Origin: the human T2T-CHM13v2.0 reference genome, Homo sapiens | NCBI RefSeq assembly: GCF_009914755.1 | Contig: NC_060937.1 | Direction: 5' to 3' (one strand) | DNA length: 64,000 nucleotides | In this document: positions 45,170 to 61,991 of the stretch, piece after piece | Position numbering within the stretch: the stretch's first letter is position 1 | Layout: each line of letters begins with the position of its first letter | Position numbers and translations under genes: made by a program | Notes under the pieces: model-generated | What the model was told of the DNA's origin: nothing | Database searches by the model: none | What the model saw: the letters and a program-made list of their open reading frames with translations, nothing else

Positions 45170-45469
45170 TTTGTTTTCTTCTTTAAGTTCCAGGATGTAT
45201 GTGCAGAATGTGGAGGTTTGTTACATAGGTAAACGTGTGCCATGGTGGTTTGCTGCACCTATCAACCCATTACTTAGGTATTAAGCCCCACATGCATTAG
45301 CTATTTGTCCTGATGCTCTCCCTCCCCTTGCTGCCTGCCCCACACAGGCCTCCGTGTGTGATGTTCCCCTCCCTGTGTCCATGTGTTCTCATTGTTCAGC
45401 TCCCACTTATGAGTGAGAATATGCAGTGCTTTGTTTTCTGTTCCTGCGTTAGTTTGCTGAGGATGATAG
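45170..45469 (-). mobile_element. Short 5'-truncated older L1PA 3' end
   Basis: L1PA 3'UTR text; TSD AGAAGCTGGCTTT on both sides. Confidence 0.88.
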
Positions 45470-46202
45470 AGAAGCTGGCTTTTATTTTAAATGTTTTAGT
45501 TAAGCCTGTGTTTTAATACATTGGCATATTTACATATGAAGATTGTAGCACTTTGGGAATAGTGTGCCACCATGGCATAGAAACATATTTTTTACTTTAC
45601 TATTGTTGAGGGAAATAACTGAGTATATAACAGGATTAGTACTTTTTACTGGTTTAAAGAAAATGCTGAAATAGCTTTTATTCTTAGAAAGCTTATACAG
45701 TTGGGAATTTAATCAGGTACCTTTTGTGTGAACTACGTTGTACTTTGTTGTAAATACTGACATTAATTATATAAAATGGCACGTAATGGGTTCCATTATT
45801 TTCATGGAAGTGTTTACTGACCAAGAAATAAAACTTGATCTCTGTATTGTTCAAGGTGCTCAGTGTAAGTCAGACTTCAACAGGGTGTTTTACTCAGGTT
45901 TGGAATTCTGAGCAATGTTTCTGTAAGGAAATTCTTCTGGTTTGATTGGTACTTATACTCACAGGTATGCTTTGTTCTGTCCATCTGCATCTCCTATGGT
46001 CATATGTTTTTATTTCCTAACTCTTAATTATGGAGTGTACCTTCTATGGGACTCTAGATTAATAAGGGAAAAGCCGAATCTGAAGCCATGGGCTCATCCA
46101 ATTGGATTGATTAAGCAACACATGGTGAAGAGGGGAGGAGCCTTTCTACAGCTCTGGAAATCAAATGTCATCATTTCTTATCATGATTTGCTCATTTCTT
46201 AG

Positions 46203-46308
46203 ATACACAGATGCTACCAGCAAATATGAATCTGTCATGAAAACAGAGCCAAGCATTGCTGAATATACAGTTCGTTCAAAGGAGAGGATTTGCCACTGCT
46301 TTTCTAAG
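46203..46308 (+). CDS. DNAJC3: DNAJC3 coding exon 8, 106 nt
   Basis: ttcttag|ATAC...TAAG|gtaaca; YTDATSKYESVMKTEPSIAEYTVRSKERICHCFSK. Confidence 0.97.
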
Positions 46309-46392
46309 GTAACAGTTGACTTGTTCCCAGAAATGTGAAAACTCAACATGTGGAATACCAACCATAAATCCTTGTCTCACATTTCCTTTTAG

Positions 46393-46513
46393 GACGAGAA
46401 GCCTGTTGAAGCTATTAGGGTTTGTTCTGAAGTTTTACAGATGGAACCTGACAATGTGAATGCCCTGAAAGATCGAGCAGAGGCCTATTTGATAGAGGAA
46501 ATGTATGATGAAG
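46393..46513 (+). CDS. DNAJC3: DNAJC3 coding exon 9, 121 nt (follows an 84-nt intron)
   Basis: ccttttag|GAC...GAAG|gtaaat; DEKPVEAIRVCSEVLQMEPDNVNALKDRAEAYLIEEMYDE(A). Confidence 0.97.
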
Positions 46514-46902
46514 GTAAATCTTTAAGGATTTGATTTGCAGTACCGAAGTGTTGATTAGGAAATTATCACATTTTAAGCTTCCTTTTCCTTAAAACAAATT
46601 TACCAGAGTACCTGGAAATGTTGACAATTTTAGAAAAATGGCAGAGAACTTGAAAATTACTCTTCCATAGTGGAACCTGAAAGGTATACCATGTGAGGAA
46701 AGAGTTCTGCCATTGAAACCAGTTCAGTACAATAGAAAAATAAATATTTTAGCTTTTTTTGTAGAAAGGAAAAAAAATAACAAAATAGAAAATTTAAATT
46801 GTAGCTCTCATGTTATCCGGAAGTAATCACTGTTCATTTTGCATTTATCTTTTCCAGCTTTTATCTATGCACATATATTACTCTATATTTTATGCACATA
46901 TA

Positions 46903-46907
<5 letters not shown>

Positions 46908-46955
<48 letters not shown>
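46908..46955 (+). repeat. (CT)n(AT)n compound microsatellite
   Basis: Direct inspection. Confidence 0.95.
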
Positions 46956-47203
46956 CTCGGTGTGTATAAAACATAAATACAGAAAGCATACATACATGTC
47001 ATATATCCCTAATATAAAATGATCCTCTGTGACCCCAAGCTGTTTAGTAACATAGGACAGCTGCTACCCTATTTTGTTCAAGCCAAATGAAATAACAAGA
47101 GATTCCTGCCAGATGTTGTGAGGTCCTTGGATAAAAGCAGTGTCCTGTTTTTGGAAGATAACTACGGCGTATACAGTAATATACAGTTTTTGAAAAATAG
47201 AAT

Positions 47204-47205
<2 letters not shown>

Positions 47206-47256
<51 letters not shown>

Positions 47257-47335
47257 TATATATATACATATATATATATACACATATATATATATACATA
47301 TATAATACATGTATATATATACATATATATATATA
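47206..47335 (+). repeat. (AT)n(AC)n compound microsatellite
   Basis: Direct inspection. Confidence 0.95.
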
Positions 47336-48121
47336 GTTTTGTGCCTTTTTTCATGTGACACTATGTTATGAACATTTAAATGATACAGGTTTTTAAAAAA
47401 ATAAATGAGCCTTATAAGCCCTTATTGCAAATATTTTGTTTCAAATTCAGGTAAAGCATTTTAAATCAAAAACAGTAATTTTCTCTTACAGTTAAATGAA
47501 GGGTTCGAATGGTAAAATTTGGTTTGTGATACTCTTTTTAAGGCAAAACTGGTCAATCTCTTTTTCCCTGCTTTCCTCAATTAGAAAAGAATCTTGCTCC
47601 TAAGCAAGTTCCCAGTTTCCAGGGAATGATGACAACCTGGTCACTACTATTTGTGGGACATCTTGTGGGGGATTCAGACCTTGAGGTCTCTGAATGAGGC
47701 TTGAAATGAATGCAGTCAAAATGACACTTTAATATTTATAAGCATGCTTCAATAAGGCATGTAGTCCACATAGAAAATCCCTTTAGCATACTCGTTTTCT
47801 TTCCTTTTGAGCTACCGTGTCTACTCGGTGAGATGGTTTTACTCTAGGATTTGCATTCCAGTTAGCTTTTGGAACTCTTTATCAAAGATACTTTTGTCAT
47901 CTGTATGTAAACCCTTAGCTCTCACTGCGAAATTAGAGAAGCTACAGAAGAATATAAAGAGCTTAGCTGTTAAAAAAAAAAAAAAAGGCTAAATCTTGTA
48001 GAATGCTAAGTGTAATTTGAAAGATGCATTTGGAACTTGAATGTTAAACTGACTTGCTTTTTGGGGAAACCTGATGGCTTAATTCTGGAAGAAAAAGATG
48101 CTTAGTGCTAATTTAATATAA

Positions 48122-48405
<284 letters not shown>

Positions 48406-49199
48406 TCAATTGGCCCTGCCCAATTGATATGTCTTTGAAGTCTGTTGTTTCCTGGAAAAAATTCTTTTCTATAGGAATTTATTAAAGAGAGAGAGAGAAT
48501 AGTTGCCAGCTGTCTACATTTGCAAAAGAAAGAAAGAAAGGAAAAGAGCCTGTATAACTGAAACTGATAGGTATTACCTGACTTGTTTGGACTGGAATCA
48601 GAGGTTTAGTATAAATGATGTAAATAAATAATAATCTTACTTAGCTAAATAACAGTATGTCTTCAGTTGAAATCTTGAGTTAGAAATATGCTTTCCATAT
48701 TCTTCTGCTTCCTGGTTTTACCTTTCTTAGATAAGCAATTTAAAGTGATGGCAGGTACATAATAAAGAATGAATAGGTTTAGGTTAGTGAATAATGGAAC
48801 ATGGACATTTATTAATTTGGGGCTTATGATAGAATTATCAGGAAACAGGGGATTCCACTCAATAGAAAGCAAGTAAAGTAAGACTGTTATTTGAGGATGC
48901 CTCTGAGATCTTGAAAAATCAAGGGAAACTCTTCAGATCGCTACATGTCTCTGTTTTAATAGCTTTTGAGAGGAAAAAACTGACATTGAAGCAGTACTAA
49001 AATATTGGCAAAGTTTCTTTGAATATAGGGGTAACTCAGGTGTCCTTATGAAATGATCAGTTATATTTGCTAGAACTTAAGCTGTGTGAGGGCAGAGACC
49101 TGTGGCTGTTATATTAACTGATGCAGTCCTGGTGCTTGTGCTGGCACTCATCTTTGCTGAATGAATGAAGGTAATTTATTTATTATACAAAAGTCATAG

Positions 49200-49561
<362 letters not shown>

Positions 49562-49571
49562 AGTTATTCCA

Positions 49572-50715
<1,144 letters not shown>

Positions 50716-51250
50716 ATGCCATTTATTTTTTGCTATATGGTTTCAATCAAGTCATTTAATTTACTTTTTACTCTACTTATCTGTAAAATAGGAATAAGAA
50801 TAGTACTTATCTCCTAGAATTGTGGTGGCTATTAAATAAGATGATGCTCAGAAAATGCTCAGCAACATCTAAATCCGTGGTTTCCACTGTACTCATTTTC
50901 AGGTTGTTTGGAACTTGCATTGACTTTTCTGTATAAACAATATTGTGTGGGATATCTAGCTAGCTTCTTGGACTAACCTGTGACTGCTGCATGAACTCCA
51001 TTTGACACAGCTGTTATTGAAGTGTTACTAGTAATATCAATAATTCTGTGAATAGGGCCAAGTAGATTGCTTTCTCTGGATGAAGGCTGGCCTGGGCAAA
51101 ATTGTGAAAGAGGTAAAGTTTATCTTTTGATTCCCTAGGGTGTTATCCTGTTTGCAGATTCTTGTGCCCTCTTGCTTATCCTGGGACTCCACCCTGTTAT
51201 ACTACCTAGGCCCACCCTATCCCGCAGAAGTATTCTGTGTTCAAAATTTA

Positions 51251-51620
<370 letters not shown>

Positions 51621-53853
51621 TCCCACCTCTGCATCAGCAGTCTCAGCCACCAACACAGCTGCGTTTTAGTAAGAGTGGTCAAATTTAAGATATTTGTTGA
51701 AAACACTGATTGGTTTCTATTCCTTATGAGATAAACATTTTTAACCCAAAGGAGTCTGAATAGTGGAACTTCAGGCAAGTGCTTGTGCCATCAGGTCAGG
51801 CAGCCTATGAGGGAGGTACTGGGGCAACAGGCCTGCCTCCTGGGCATGAAAGAGACCATTCCCTCTAGCAGATCAGATTTCTCATGGCTGATGCTTTTTT
51901 TCAAGGTTGTTAACCAGGGGTTCCTGGCTTCTGTTTATGTGGAGGACAAGGGGTAGAGATTGGTCTTTGTTGGAAGATGCTGATTGTATTTAAGATCCTA
52001 ACTAAATGTGACTTTATAAGTTGGAGGCTGCTTATATATTGCCATTCTTTATACAACATCATAATAACCATGGACACATGTAATCAGAATCTATAAAGCA
52101 GATGCTTCTGAAACTTCCACCTCTTGAAATAAGTGCATCTACCTTAGCTCAGCTAATTAGTTGGAAGCAGGTGGTTAGAATAAATGGCTAGTCCTTTGCA
52201 AAGACAGTCAGTGGGATATGGCATGTAGATTGATGAAGTTCTTTGGCTGTACATTTCCTGAACTGTAAAGTCATGCTTGCAGTTTTTATTCACACTCGGG
52301 CCTCTCAGCCACAGCTGCAGACTTCTCATTTCTTTTGAAAAGTGTGTGGTTACAAGGAAAACTACATAGCTACCTGCTGGTTTGGGATTAGCACATTTGC
52401 TGACCATATCAGCTGGGTAAAACATTGTACTCCCTCTGGTGCCAACTCTGTGAACCCATGAGCGTAATATGTAGGTGAGGAAGTAGGAAACAGTTACAAT
52501 AGTCAAGCAGTATTATTCAGAAAAAGATACAAGGCAGATTTCCAAATTATGAAAAGCTTAAAGTGTTGGAAGTAAAAAGTGCTAAGGAAAAAGGATCAAG
52601 AAGGTCACTGCAGGTGCATAGCTGGGACAGACGCTTAGAAAGCTGTGGAGGGGTCCTTTGCCTCTCCCAGCAGTGACAAGACACATTTGATTTAGTGCAG
52701 AGGGTAGGTTTGAATAGAGAAAGACAGTCATAGATACATGTTCATTTTGGCTTTTTGTTAATTGACAAGACTGTAATTTCCTATGACTAATGAGTGTGAT
52801 CTCAAGTAATGAAGAGGCTTCTTTAAGAAAGGAAAAAAAAAAACAAGATTTTTCATCATCTTAAATAGAAACAGACTAAGTATATGAACGAAGGCCTATA
52901 TTTGTATCTGCCTACTCTAGTGCTTTGAATAGAGTTGGTGATATTTCTTAAGTGTTGATAAAGTACAGCACAATATTTAAAATCTCATAATTCAACAGAA
53001 CTGCAATTATTTTCTTTGTATTTTACTGTTAGCACTTTTATCTCTTTTCCCCTATAAAAATGTTAACAGTGCCTCATATGTAATAGATGCTAAAAATAAA
53101 GTCAACAAAACAGATGTATAGAGCATGTTAGCGTATCAGATTCAGTTAGTGTGCAGGACAAATTACGTCCCCTGTATATAGAATTAAACATACTATCTCT
53201 CTTCATTGTTTAAATCGGCCTAAAATATAATGGCTAGACTTGCCCTCAGATTTGATGTTAGAATGTGATCTAGTGTAGGAAGTAGTTACCTCAGTGGGAG
53301 AAGCTGACTTTAAATTGTTCAGCCCTCTTTACTGAGCTCACAGCTCTCGTACACTTCTGGGCTCATAACGAGGCTGTATCCTAAGTGTTCTTAGATATAA
53401 GATCTTTCCCTTTGTTGTCTTAAGGATGAATATGCATAAAACGTAGTAGTAGGAAATTTTTTATTTTCATTGTTTATATTATGACAGTCTCACAGCAGGT
53501 AAACCCTCCCCCCAACATTTTATTATGAGAAATTTCAAATAAAGAGAAAAGTTGAAAGAATTTCACAATGAACACCCAAGTCCTCACCATACAGATACTG
53601 AAGTTAACAGTTTACTATGCCTTATCACATTTATCTGTCTCTAGCCCTCCATTTATCCATCAGTTCATCTTTTTATGATGCATTTAAAAAAAGGTATTTG
53701 GTTTACTTTTCCCCCAGATACTTCAACTTGTATATCATTAACTTGAATTTGTTTACTGTCTTACATTTTTTCTTTCTTTAGGGATAATTTTAGATACGGT
53801 AAAATGCACAAGTCTTAGGGATACCATTCCTAAGGTCTGATACCCATGCGACA

Positions 53854-54293
53854 TGTTAAAGCAAGAAATCATTAATGACTCTTGTTAAAGACAGTAAGTC
53901 AGACTTTATTCAAGGGGGACTATGGTGACAGGTAGAGGGGCCACTGCAGTGGGGTCTTGTACTGGGGAGAGAGATTGGGTTTGACTCTGACTCCAGCAAG
54001 GACAAATGGGGATTTATAACCAAGGAGCAGAGTTGGGGGTCAGTGGGTGGGATTCTTGCTAGTTAAGGTCAACAGACTATGTGTTGAAGGCAGGCCAGGG
54101 TCATATGGAGAGTGGAGGGTGAGGAGTGTGACAGATATTGGTGGGGAGGGGTTTCCCTAAACTGATTTAGCAGGATTCTTGCTCAAGCTGGATTCCACAG
54201 GAACAGAGAGGGAAGCCTAGGGTCTGGATCTAGTCAGAAAGAAGACTCAGAGGAGCTGACCAAATTTCTGGTCAAAGGAGACAATCTTTGTTT
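53854..54293 (-). mobile_element. MER31-type LTR
   Basis: - strand begins ...CTCCTTTGACCAGAAATTTGGTCAGCTCCTCTGAG, recalled as MER31; AATAAA near the end. Confidence 0.65.
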
Positions 54294-54554
54294 AACCCAA
54301 CTCCTGTCAAGATATAGAACATTTTATTATCCTCTTGTCTCTTACCAATCAGTTCCCATCCCACCCCCCCACAGGCAACTCTGTTCTGATTTTCTCCATC
54401 ATGGATTAGCTTGGCCAATTCTAGATCTTCATATAAATACAGCCATGTATAGTATGTTCTCTCTTGTATAAAGCTTCATTCCTTCAGCATGTTTTTGAGA
54501 TTTATTTATGTTATTACATGTTTTCGCAGTTTATTCCTTTTTATTGATGAAGAG

Positions 54555-54740
54555 AAGTTGGCAGACTTTTCCTATAAAGAGCCAAATAGTAAATAGAGAC
54601 CCTGCGCACCATGTGGTCTCTGTTGCAACTACTCAGCTCTGCCATTGCAGTGCAAATGTGACCATAGATAATACGCAAATGAATAGGCATGGCTGTGTTC
54701 CAATAAAACTTTATTTTGAAAAACAGGTGGTGGGCTGGTA
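54555..54740. mobile_element. MER58A fragment
   Basis: gtctctgttgcaactactcagctctgccattg...ggctgtgttccaataaaactttatt. Confidence 0.8.
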
Positions 54741-55726
54741 GCACTGTTATCACTTTTCCACTATAAAAAAGCAGAAAAGCATTCAGTGTTTCGCCAATAA
54801 TCCTATCCTTGATGAAGGATATTTCATTTCATGCATATATCACACTTTATCTACTGTCATATTACCAGACACTTCAGCTGACTTTTTTAGTTATTAAAAA
54901 GAGCTGCTATGAACATTATTCTAACGGGCTTTTTTTTAGACATATGTTTTTGTTTATCTGCAAGCAGAATTGCTGTCATAGTGTACGGTGCTTGCTCAGT
55001 TTTAAAAGAAACTGCCAGACTCTTTCTAAGGTAATATATAATTTATACAGCTACAATAAAGTATGAGAGTTCTAGTTGCTCTGCATCCTTGCAAACATTT
55101 TGTGTTCTCATTCTTTTTAGTTTTATCCATTTTGGTGTGTGTTAGTATCTATTGTGGTTTTAATGTTTGTTTCCTTGATGACTAAGGTTGTTGAATACTT
55201 TTCATGTGTTGTTTCTGTGTTTAAATATCTTACTTTGTGAAGTAAGCATTCTGCACATGCTTACCCACTTAAAAATATTTGCTGTTTCTTTTTGTTACAG
55301 AGTTGAACTTATTTATATATTTATGTTTTCCCCTTTATTCCATTAATGTGGTAAATTAAACTGACATTTCTAAAGTTAAATCAACCTTTAATTATTGGGA
55401 TAAACTCTTCTTGGACAGGAATTTAGATATTGCTGGATTTGATTTGCTAACATTTTAAGAAGTGTGCACCTATGTTCATGAGGGATAATTGCTCTGTAAC
55501 TTTTTTTGGTAATGTCTTTGTCAGAGTTCAGTGTTAAGGATGTACTGGACTCAAACAGTTCAAAATTGTCCCTCCTCTATTTTCTGAAAGAGTCATATAA
55601 GATTGGTGTCATCTCTTCTTTAAAGTTTGAGAGAATTCACCAGTAAAACCATCTTGGTCTTGGAAGTTGGTTTTTGATTTTTTTTTTTTTTTTTGGTAGG
55701 ATGGTTTTTGACAAATTTAGTTTTTT

Positions 55727-56039
55727 TTTTTTTTTTCATTTTGTTTTTGCTTTTTTTGAGACAAGGTCTTGCTGTGTCACCCAGGCTGGAATGTAGTGGC
55801 ACAATTATGACTCACTGCAGCCTCGACCTCCCAGGCTAAGTGATCCTCCTACCTCAGCCTCCCAAGTAGCTGGGACTACAGGTGCATGCCACCACACCTG
55901 GCTAGTTTTTGTATTTTTTGTAGAGATGATGTTTTGCCATGCTGCCCAGGCTAGTCTCAAACTCCTGGGATCAAGTGATCTGCCCACCTAGGCCTCCCAA
56001 AGTGCTGGGACTACAGGCGTTAAGTCACTGCACCTGGCC
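55727..56039 (-). repeat. AluJ
   Basis: Alu consensus match. Confidence 0.9.
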
Positions 56040-56206
56040 TTATTTAGTTTTATTCAGTATAAGGCTATTAATATTTTCTGTTTCATCTGTGTTAGTTTTT
56101 GTAAGTTACATCTTTTAAGGAATGTTTCTATTTCTTGACATTGCTGAATTTGTTGGCATGAAGTTCATAATATTATCTTATTATTTAATGTCTATAAGGT
56201 CTGTAA

Positions 56207-56602
<396 letters not shown>

Positions 56603-59600
56603 TTGTTGGTCTTTTTAAGGAACCAACTTCGGGATTTGTTAATGGTTTCTATGGCTTTTCTTTATTACTTTATTGATTTCTGCTCTTTAGTTCCTTAGAC
56701 TTACTTTGGTTGTACCTTGTGCTTTTGCTAGAACAGTCATTGATTTTAGGCCTTTCTTTCTTTTTAAATATAAGCATTTAAAGTTGCACCTTTCACATTT
56801 TGTTTTACTTTCATTATAACTTGGCTTGAAGTGTATTCTAATTTCCCTTCTGACTTCTTTGATGCATGGATTATGTATAGGTGTTCTAATTTTCAAATAG
56901 TTGATGGTTTCTTAGGTACTTTATTATTTATTTTGAATTTAATTCCATTGTGGTCAGAGAACATACTAGGTGTGATTTCCTTCCTTTTAAATTTATTTAG
57001 GCTTGTTTTGTGGTCCAGCATGGTATCTACCTTGATGAATATTCTATGTACACTTGAAAATAAGGTGTATTCTGCAATTGTTGGGTGTAATATTTGTTAG
57101 TTTTTCCATCAGGTATAAGGTGAGAGTTGTTAAGATCTTTGATAATCTGTTGTGGAAATTGTGAACTTTCCTGTCTGTCTTTAATATTGTCAATATTTCC
57201 TTCAAGCATTTGGAAGCTCTGCTATTAGCAGCCTACATATTTATGACTGTCAAGTGTTCTCCTGATGAATTTTTACTTTTATTCTTACTCAGTGTTCCTG
57301 TTGATCACTGGCAATACTCTTTTTCTTGAAGTTTTATATGATATTAATAGAATCACCTCTGCCTTCTTGATCTTATTGTTTGCATGGTGTGTCTGTCTTC
57401 ATTCATTTACTTTGAGTGTCTTTGTGCCTTTATAAGTATGTCTCTTATAGACATCATGTAGTTGGAACTTGCTTTGTTTCTGTCAATTTTTATAATTATA
57501 ATCTGTGTTTGAAGTGTTTACTTGATCAATATTACTGTGATTATTGATATGGTTGTATGTAGGTCTGCCATTTTACTATTGTTTTCTTTTTGTCCTTTTG
57601 TTTTTGAATTTTTTGTTCCTCTCTTTCTGTTGTCATTTAGATTATTTGAATATTTCTAGTATCCCCTCTGGGGTGCAGTGGTTATTCACAGGTGTGATTA
57701 TATTGCATTGTAGTCTTAAACCCCTGGCCTCAAGCAGTCCTCCTGCCTCAGCCTCCCAAGTAGCTGGGACTGTAGGTGCATGTCCTGCACTTGACTGTAA
57801 CGACGTTTTAAATAAATTTCTAATATTAGTTTAATAGTTTCTAATTATTAGTTACCACTATAATTGAAATTAAAATATGTCTTCCTCTAGCTCTTGATTT
57901 ATCAATTTTAGGCAGTATCCCTTGTCTGCCTGCTACAGAAGAGGAAGAACTGAGTAGACCTCACTAGTTCCTTTTGTTCTTTCTCACCTTCAGTTTTAGT
58001 TGAGTATTTGATCTTTTGCTTATATTTACAGCTTTAATGTAATATAAATAAGTTTTAATATACCCAAGTTTCTTTCTTACCCTGTCACCTTTAGATAGCA
58101 TCTCGATTGTATACTACTGATAATAAGGAAATTAGTATATTTCCATCTTACCTTTCAGCTACATTTTAAGTATGTGTTAGTATACTTTTATAATGTTTGT
58201 AGTATGTAGATTATTTCCTGTAACTATAATTGTGTATAGTAAGGAAATGAAAGCCATTTAGTAGATTAATGTATTGTATAGCTGCAGGATCAAGTCATGT
58301 GTTTGAATCCTTAGAGAAGGAGATGCAATCATTTCACCAACCAGGGTCAGATACATGGAGTCTCTTGTTCACAGATGGCCACACTTTTAGTATGCTTCTC
58401 ATTTGGAGCAGGATTTTTTGGAAAGCGTCACCCCGAGTTAGAGTTACTGTCTCTCTGCCAGAAGAAACCTATGCCTCTGTCTTACTAAGAACATCTTGAG
58501 ATTTTTAATGACAGTTTGTATGAATGAGATCCGCTCTCTGTGAAGATACTCTTTTTATATATATATATATACTTTTTTTTTCTTTTCACTCTGAAGATAT
58601 TCTTTAGCCCTATAACTCCTGGCTGTGCCTGGCCTGCTGCACATCTTTTGCCCCAGAACTCCTTTCACTGCCTTTCTGGGTTTTTCTGTCTTCTTTTTAA
58701 AAATTTAATATAATGTCTTCATCTTTCTTGGATTCTTTTTTTATTTTGCTTAAAGTGCATCCTCAAAAAGTGATATGAATGCGTCTGATGCTGGAAGGGA
58801 GTATTGCAGCTTCTCAGAAATTCAGAGGAAAAATGAATTTTAACACAGACTTTTATGTATAGTAAACTATTAATTAGGGTAAGGATTCAGTGCAATTGTT
58901 TAGAAGTTTTCTTTTTTCAGTGTTCTGGAGACACTGGAATCACCTGTGGTGTAAAAGTTTGGAACAATCTCTGGAAAGACTGCTGCTTTACTGGGAGGTG
59001 GCTTAGTGACAGCTTTCTCTGTGAAAATGTTTTGTGTGGGCTTTCCTTTTTGAGCCAATGAAATTCTTTTAAATAGGTTAGTTTAGCACATTTGCATTGA
59101 TCGATATGACAGATGTTTGGTCAACATTCTATCATTCTGTTTTGCTGAAATCTTTTTGCGATTTGGCCTGTATTTTGTATACGCTCCTGATATTTAGGAA
59201 AGTTTGTATTTTTGTACTTTTAAAAATAGTTTTATTAACACTATTTTGGCAACATCCATTAGTTTCCTACTGTGAGGGAAAATTTAGTGTACTTCCTCCT
59301 CTTCCTCACTGTTCTTCCACCTCTTAATAATTTGTTGAGGAAATTTTTTAGGATTTGCCTTTGTAATATTACTCAATTTATCAGTGGCTGATGTTTTCTG
59401 ATTGCTTCAGCTGATGTAGGTGGGAATGAATGAACTTACTCCCTCATCATCCTTCCCCTTTCTTTTCCCATGTTTCGTCAGCTGTATCCCTTCTGCACCA
59501 TCAGGGCACACGCTCTGCTCTGTCGCTGTTAGTCCCCTGCTTTGTGTTAGTCTTGGTTCTACGTGAAATTCAGTGTCTACTGGTTTTCCTTTGGCCATGG

Positions 59601-60124
59601 TTTCTTCAGCCATCACTTGGTGAGTTCATCTTATAGTAGTTTCCTCAGGGAGGTCCTAAGAGAATTTTCCCTGCTTTCTTCTATGTTCAATACAGATTGT
59701 ACTTGTACCTTTTATATCTGAATGATAGCGTGGCTGGATAATAAAGTCCTTCCCTCACCCCTGTGCCATGTATCTCGTAGTTATTGTTCTGTTCTTTTCT
59801 GGGACTAATGTTATGGAAAACCTGGGGCCAGGTTTTTTGTTTTTGGCCTGGCCGTCCAAAGAGCCCTTATCTTCAAGTCTGAATTATGCTAGGATATGTC
59901 TTCTTGTTGCCCATTCTCAGCCAGGCTGCCCTGGCACCCAGTGCACCTTTTCAGTCTAGATCCATCTTTCACTTCAGGAACATTTTCTTAATCTGTTTTG
60001 GTCTCTTCTATTTGTTTCTTTTTCAGCTTAGTTTTCTGCATACAGGTTATACATGAATTGTATTTCCTTTGCCTTGTCATCATTAGCTATAATTTTTTCT
60101 CAGCCTTTTAAAAAAGTATTTTAT

Positions 60125-61245
60125 ATAATTTAGTTAAGTCAAAATTCACAAGAGACAAAGTAGGACATTAAATTATAATAAAAAGGTTCATTCATTGAGA
60201 ATCTATGAATATATCTGACATCAGTTTTCCCAAACACATAAAGCAAATATTGACAGAATTGAAGCAAAAAATAGACAGCAATATAATAATGGTAGGATAC
60301 TTCAGTATCCCACTTTCAGTAATGAATAATAAAGCAAGATAGAATATTAAGAAGGGAACAAAAAACTTGAATGCACTATAAAACAATTACACCTAACAAA
60401 TGTATTCAGACAGCAGAGTACACATTCTTTTCAATAGCTCATGAAACATTTTCCTAGATAGACCACGTGTGACACCACAAGTCTTAACAAATTTTTTTAA
60501 ATTGAAATTTTATAGACTATGATTTATGGCCCAAATGGAATAAAACTAGAAGTCAGTAACAGAAGGAAAATTGAAAAATTCACAAAATATGAAAATTAAA
60601 CATGCTCTTGAGCATGCTTTTGCTCAAGGGTTGGAAGACATAATATTGTGAAGATGGCCATGCTGCCCAGAGTGAGCCACACATGCAGCACACCTTTCAA
60701 TTCCCAATTTTACTTTTCTGAAAATAGAAAAAAACCCACAAAATTACATGAAACCTCAAGGGACCATGAAAAGTCTGACAATCTTAAAAGATGAAAAATA
60801 TTGGAGACATTACACTTAATAATGTCCAAACACCAAACAAAGCTACGGTAACCAAAGCCCTTTGGTACTGGTATAAAGGCTGAACACCAAAGCAGTGAAG
60901 CAGAATGCAGCACAGACAGCAACTCTGGCAACATGCTCAGGTGAGTTATTTGCACGCCATTTATTGAAGCATTATCCACAAAAGCCAATAGGCGAAAGCA
61001 ATTTAAACTTCCCTTACCAAATGAATGGATACATATAAATTGGAATACAAAAAAAATGGAATATTACTCAGCTTTTAAAAAGCAGGAGGTTTTCTAATAT
61101 CTACCATAAGACAAATTTTGAAGACATTTTGCTAAATTTAATAACCCAGCCACACACAGAAAAATACTGTATGAATCTACTTACATGGAATATCTAAAGT
61201 AGTTAACACCCTTAAAAAGAGAAAATAGAATGATGTTTGTACAGT
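60125..61245 (+). mobile_element. Internally deleted old L1 (endonuclease piece, ORF2 C-terminal pieces, 3' end) within an inserted segment
   Basis: Sense L1 motifs (aaaatagacagcaatataataat; gaatattactcagcttttaaaaag) with abrupt jumps near 60610 and 60950. Confidence 0.7.
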
Positions 61246-61680
61246 AAAAACATTGAATTGAAAAACACCAAAATGTGTGCCCTTTATGAATGTGCAGTCA
61301 TAGTTGAGAATTGTAGCTATTTAGAATTATTTTTTAGTAATACACTGTGTTTATTCAGTATTTTTTTGTGAAATTTTGTTCTGCCAATTTATATTCCTGT
61401 GTCATGTTTTATGGTAGGTTATGTCACATTGTGTTTTTAGTTTTTATTTATGTATTATAATTTTGTATGCCAATATTTGACTCTGTAAACATTAAGACAG
61501 TGTTTGGACAGAAGTCAGATATGAATCAGCCATACATCTAGAGCCAATATAATTATTTCTGTGTTTGTTTGCCTGTATAAATATTACCCCTATTTTATGA
61601 TTTGTATATTTCCTTTTTTTGGTTGTTTTATTTTTAATTGTAAAAAATACATAACGGAATTTATAATCTTTGATATTTTC

Positions 61681-61991
61681 TTCTTTCTTTTTTTTTTTTT
61701 TTTTTTTTTTGAGACGGAGTCTCACTCTGTCGCCCAGGCTGGAGTGCAGTGGCATGATTTCAGCTCAATGCAAGCTCCGCCTCCCGGGTTCACCCATTCT
61801 CCTGCCTCAGCCTCCTGAGTAGCTGGGACTACAGGCGCCCGCCACCATACCCGGCTAATTTTTTCTATTTTTTAGTAGAGACGGGGTTTCACCGTGTTAG
61901 CCAGGATGGTCTCGATCTCCTGACCTCGTGATCTGCCCACTGCGGCCTCCCAAAGTGCTGGGATTACAGGCATGAGCCATCGCGCCCGGCC
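61681..61991 (-). repeat. AluY
   Basis: AluY diagnostics (GCAAGCTCCGCC, CCGTGTTAGCCAGGATGG); T(G/A)ATATTTTC flanking repeat. Confidence 0.92.

Noticed and set aside
46309-46392. 84-nt intron (multiple of 3) as a retained coding insert
   Set aside because: In-frame TGA at its tenth codon.
47044-47361. Tyr/Ile-rich ORFs
   Set aside because: Translations of (AT)n/(AC)n repeats; likewise 51479-51734 for (CTATAT)n.
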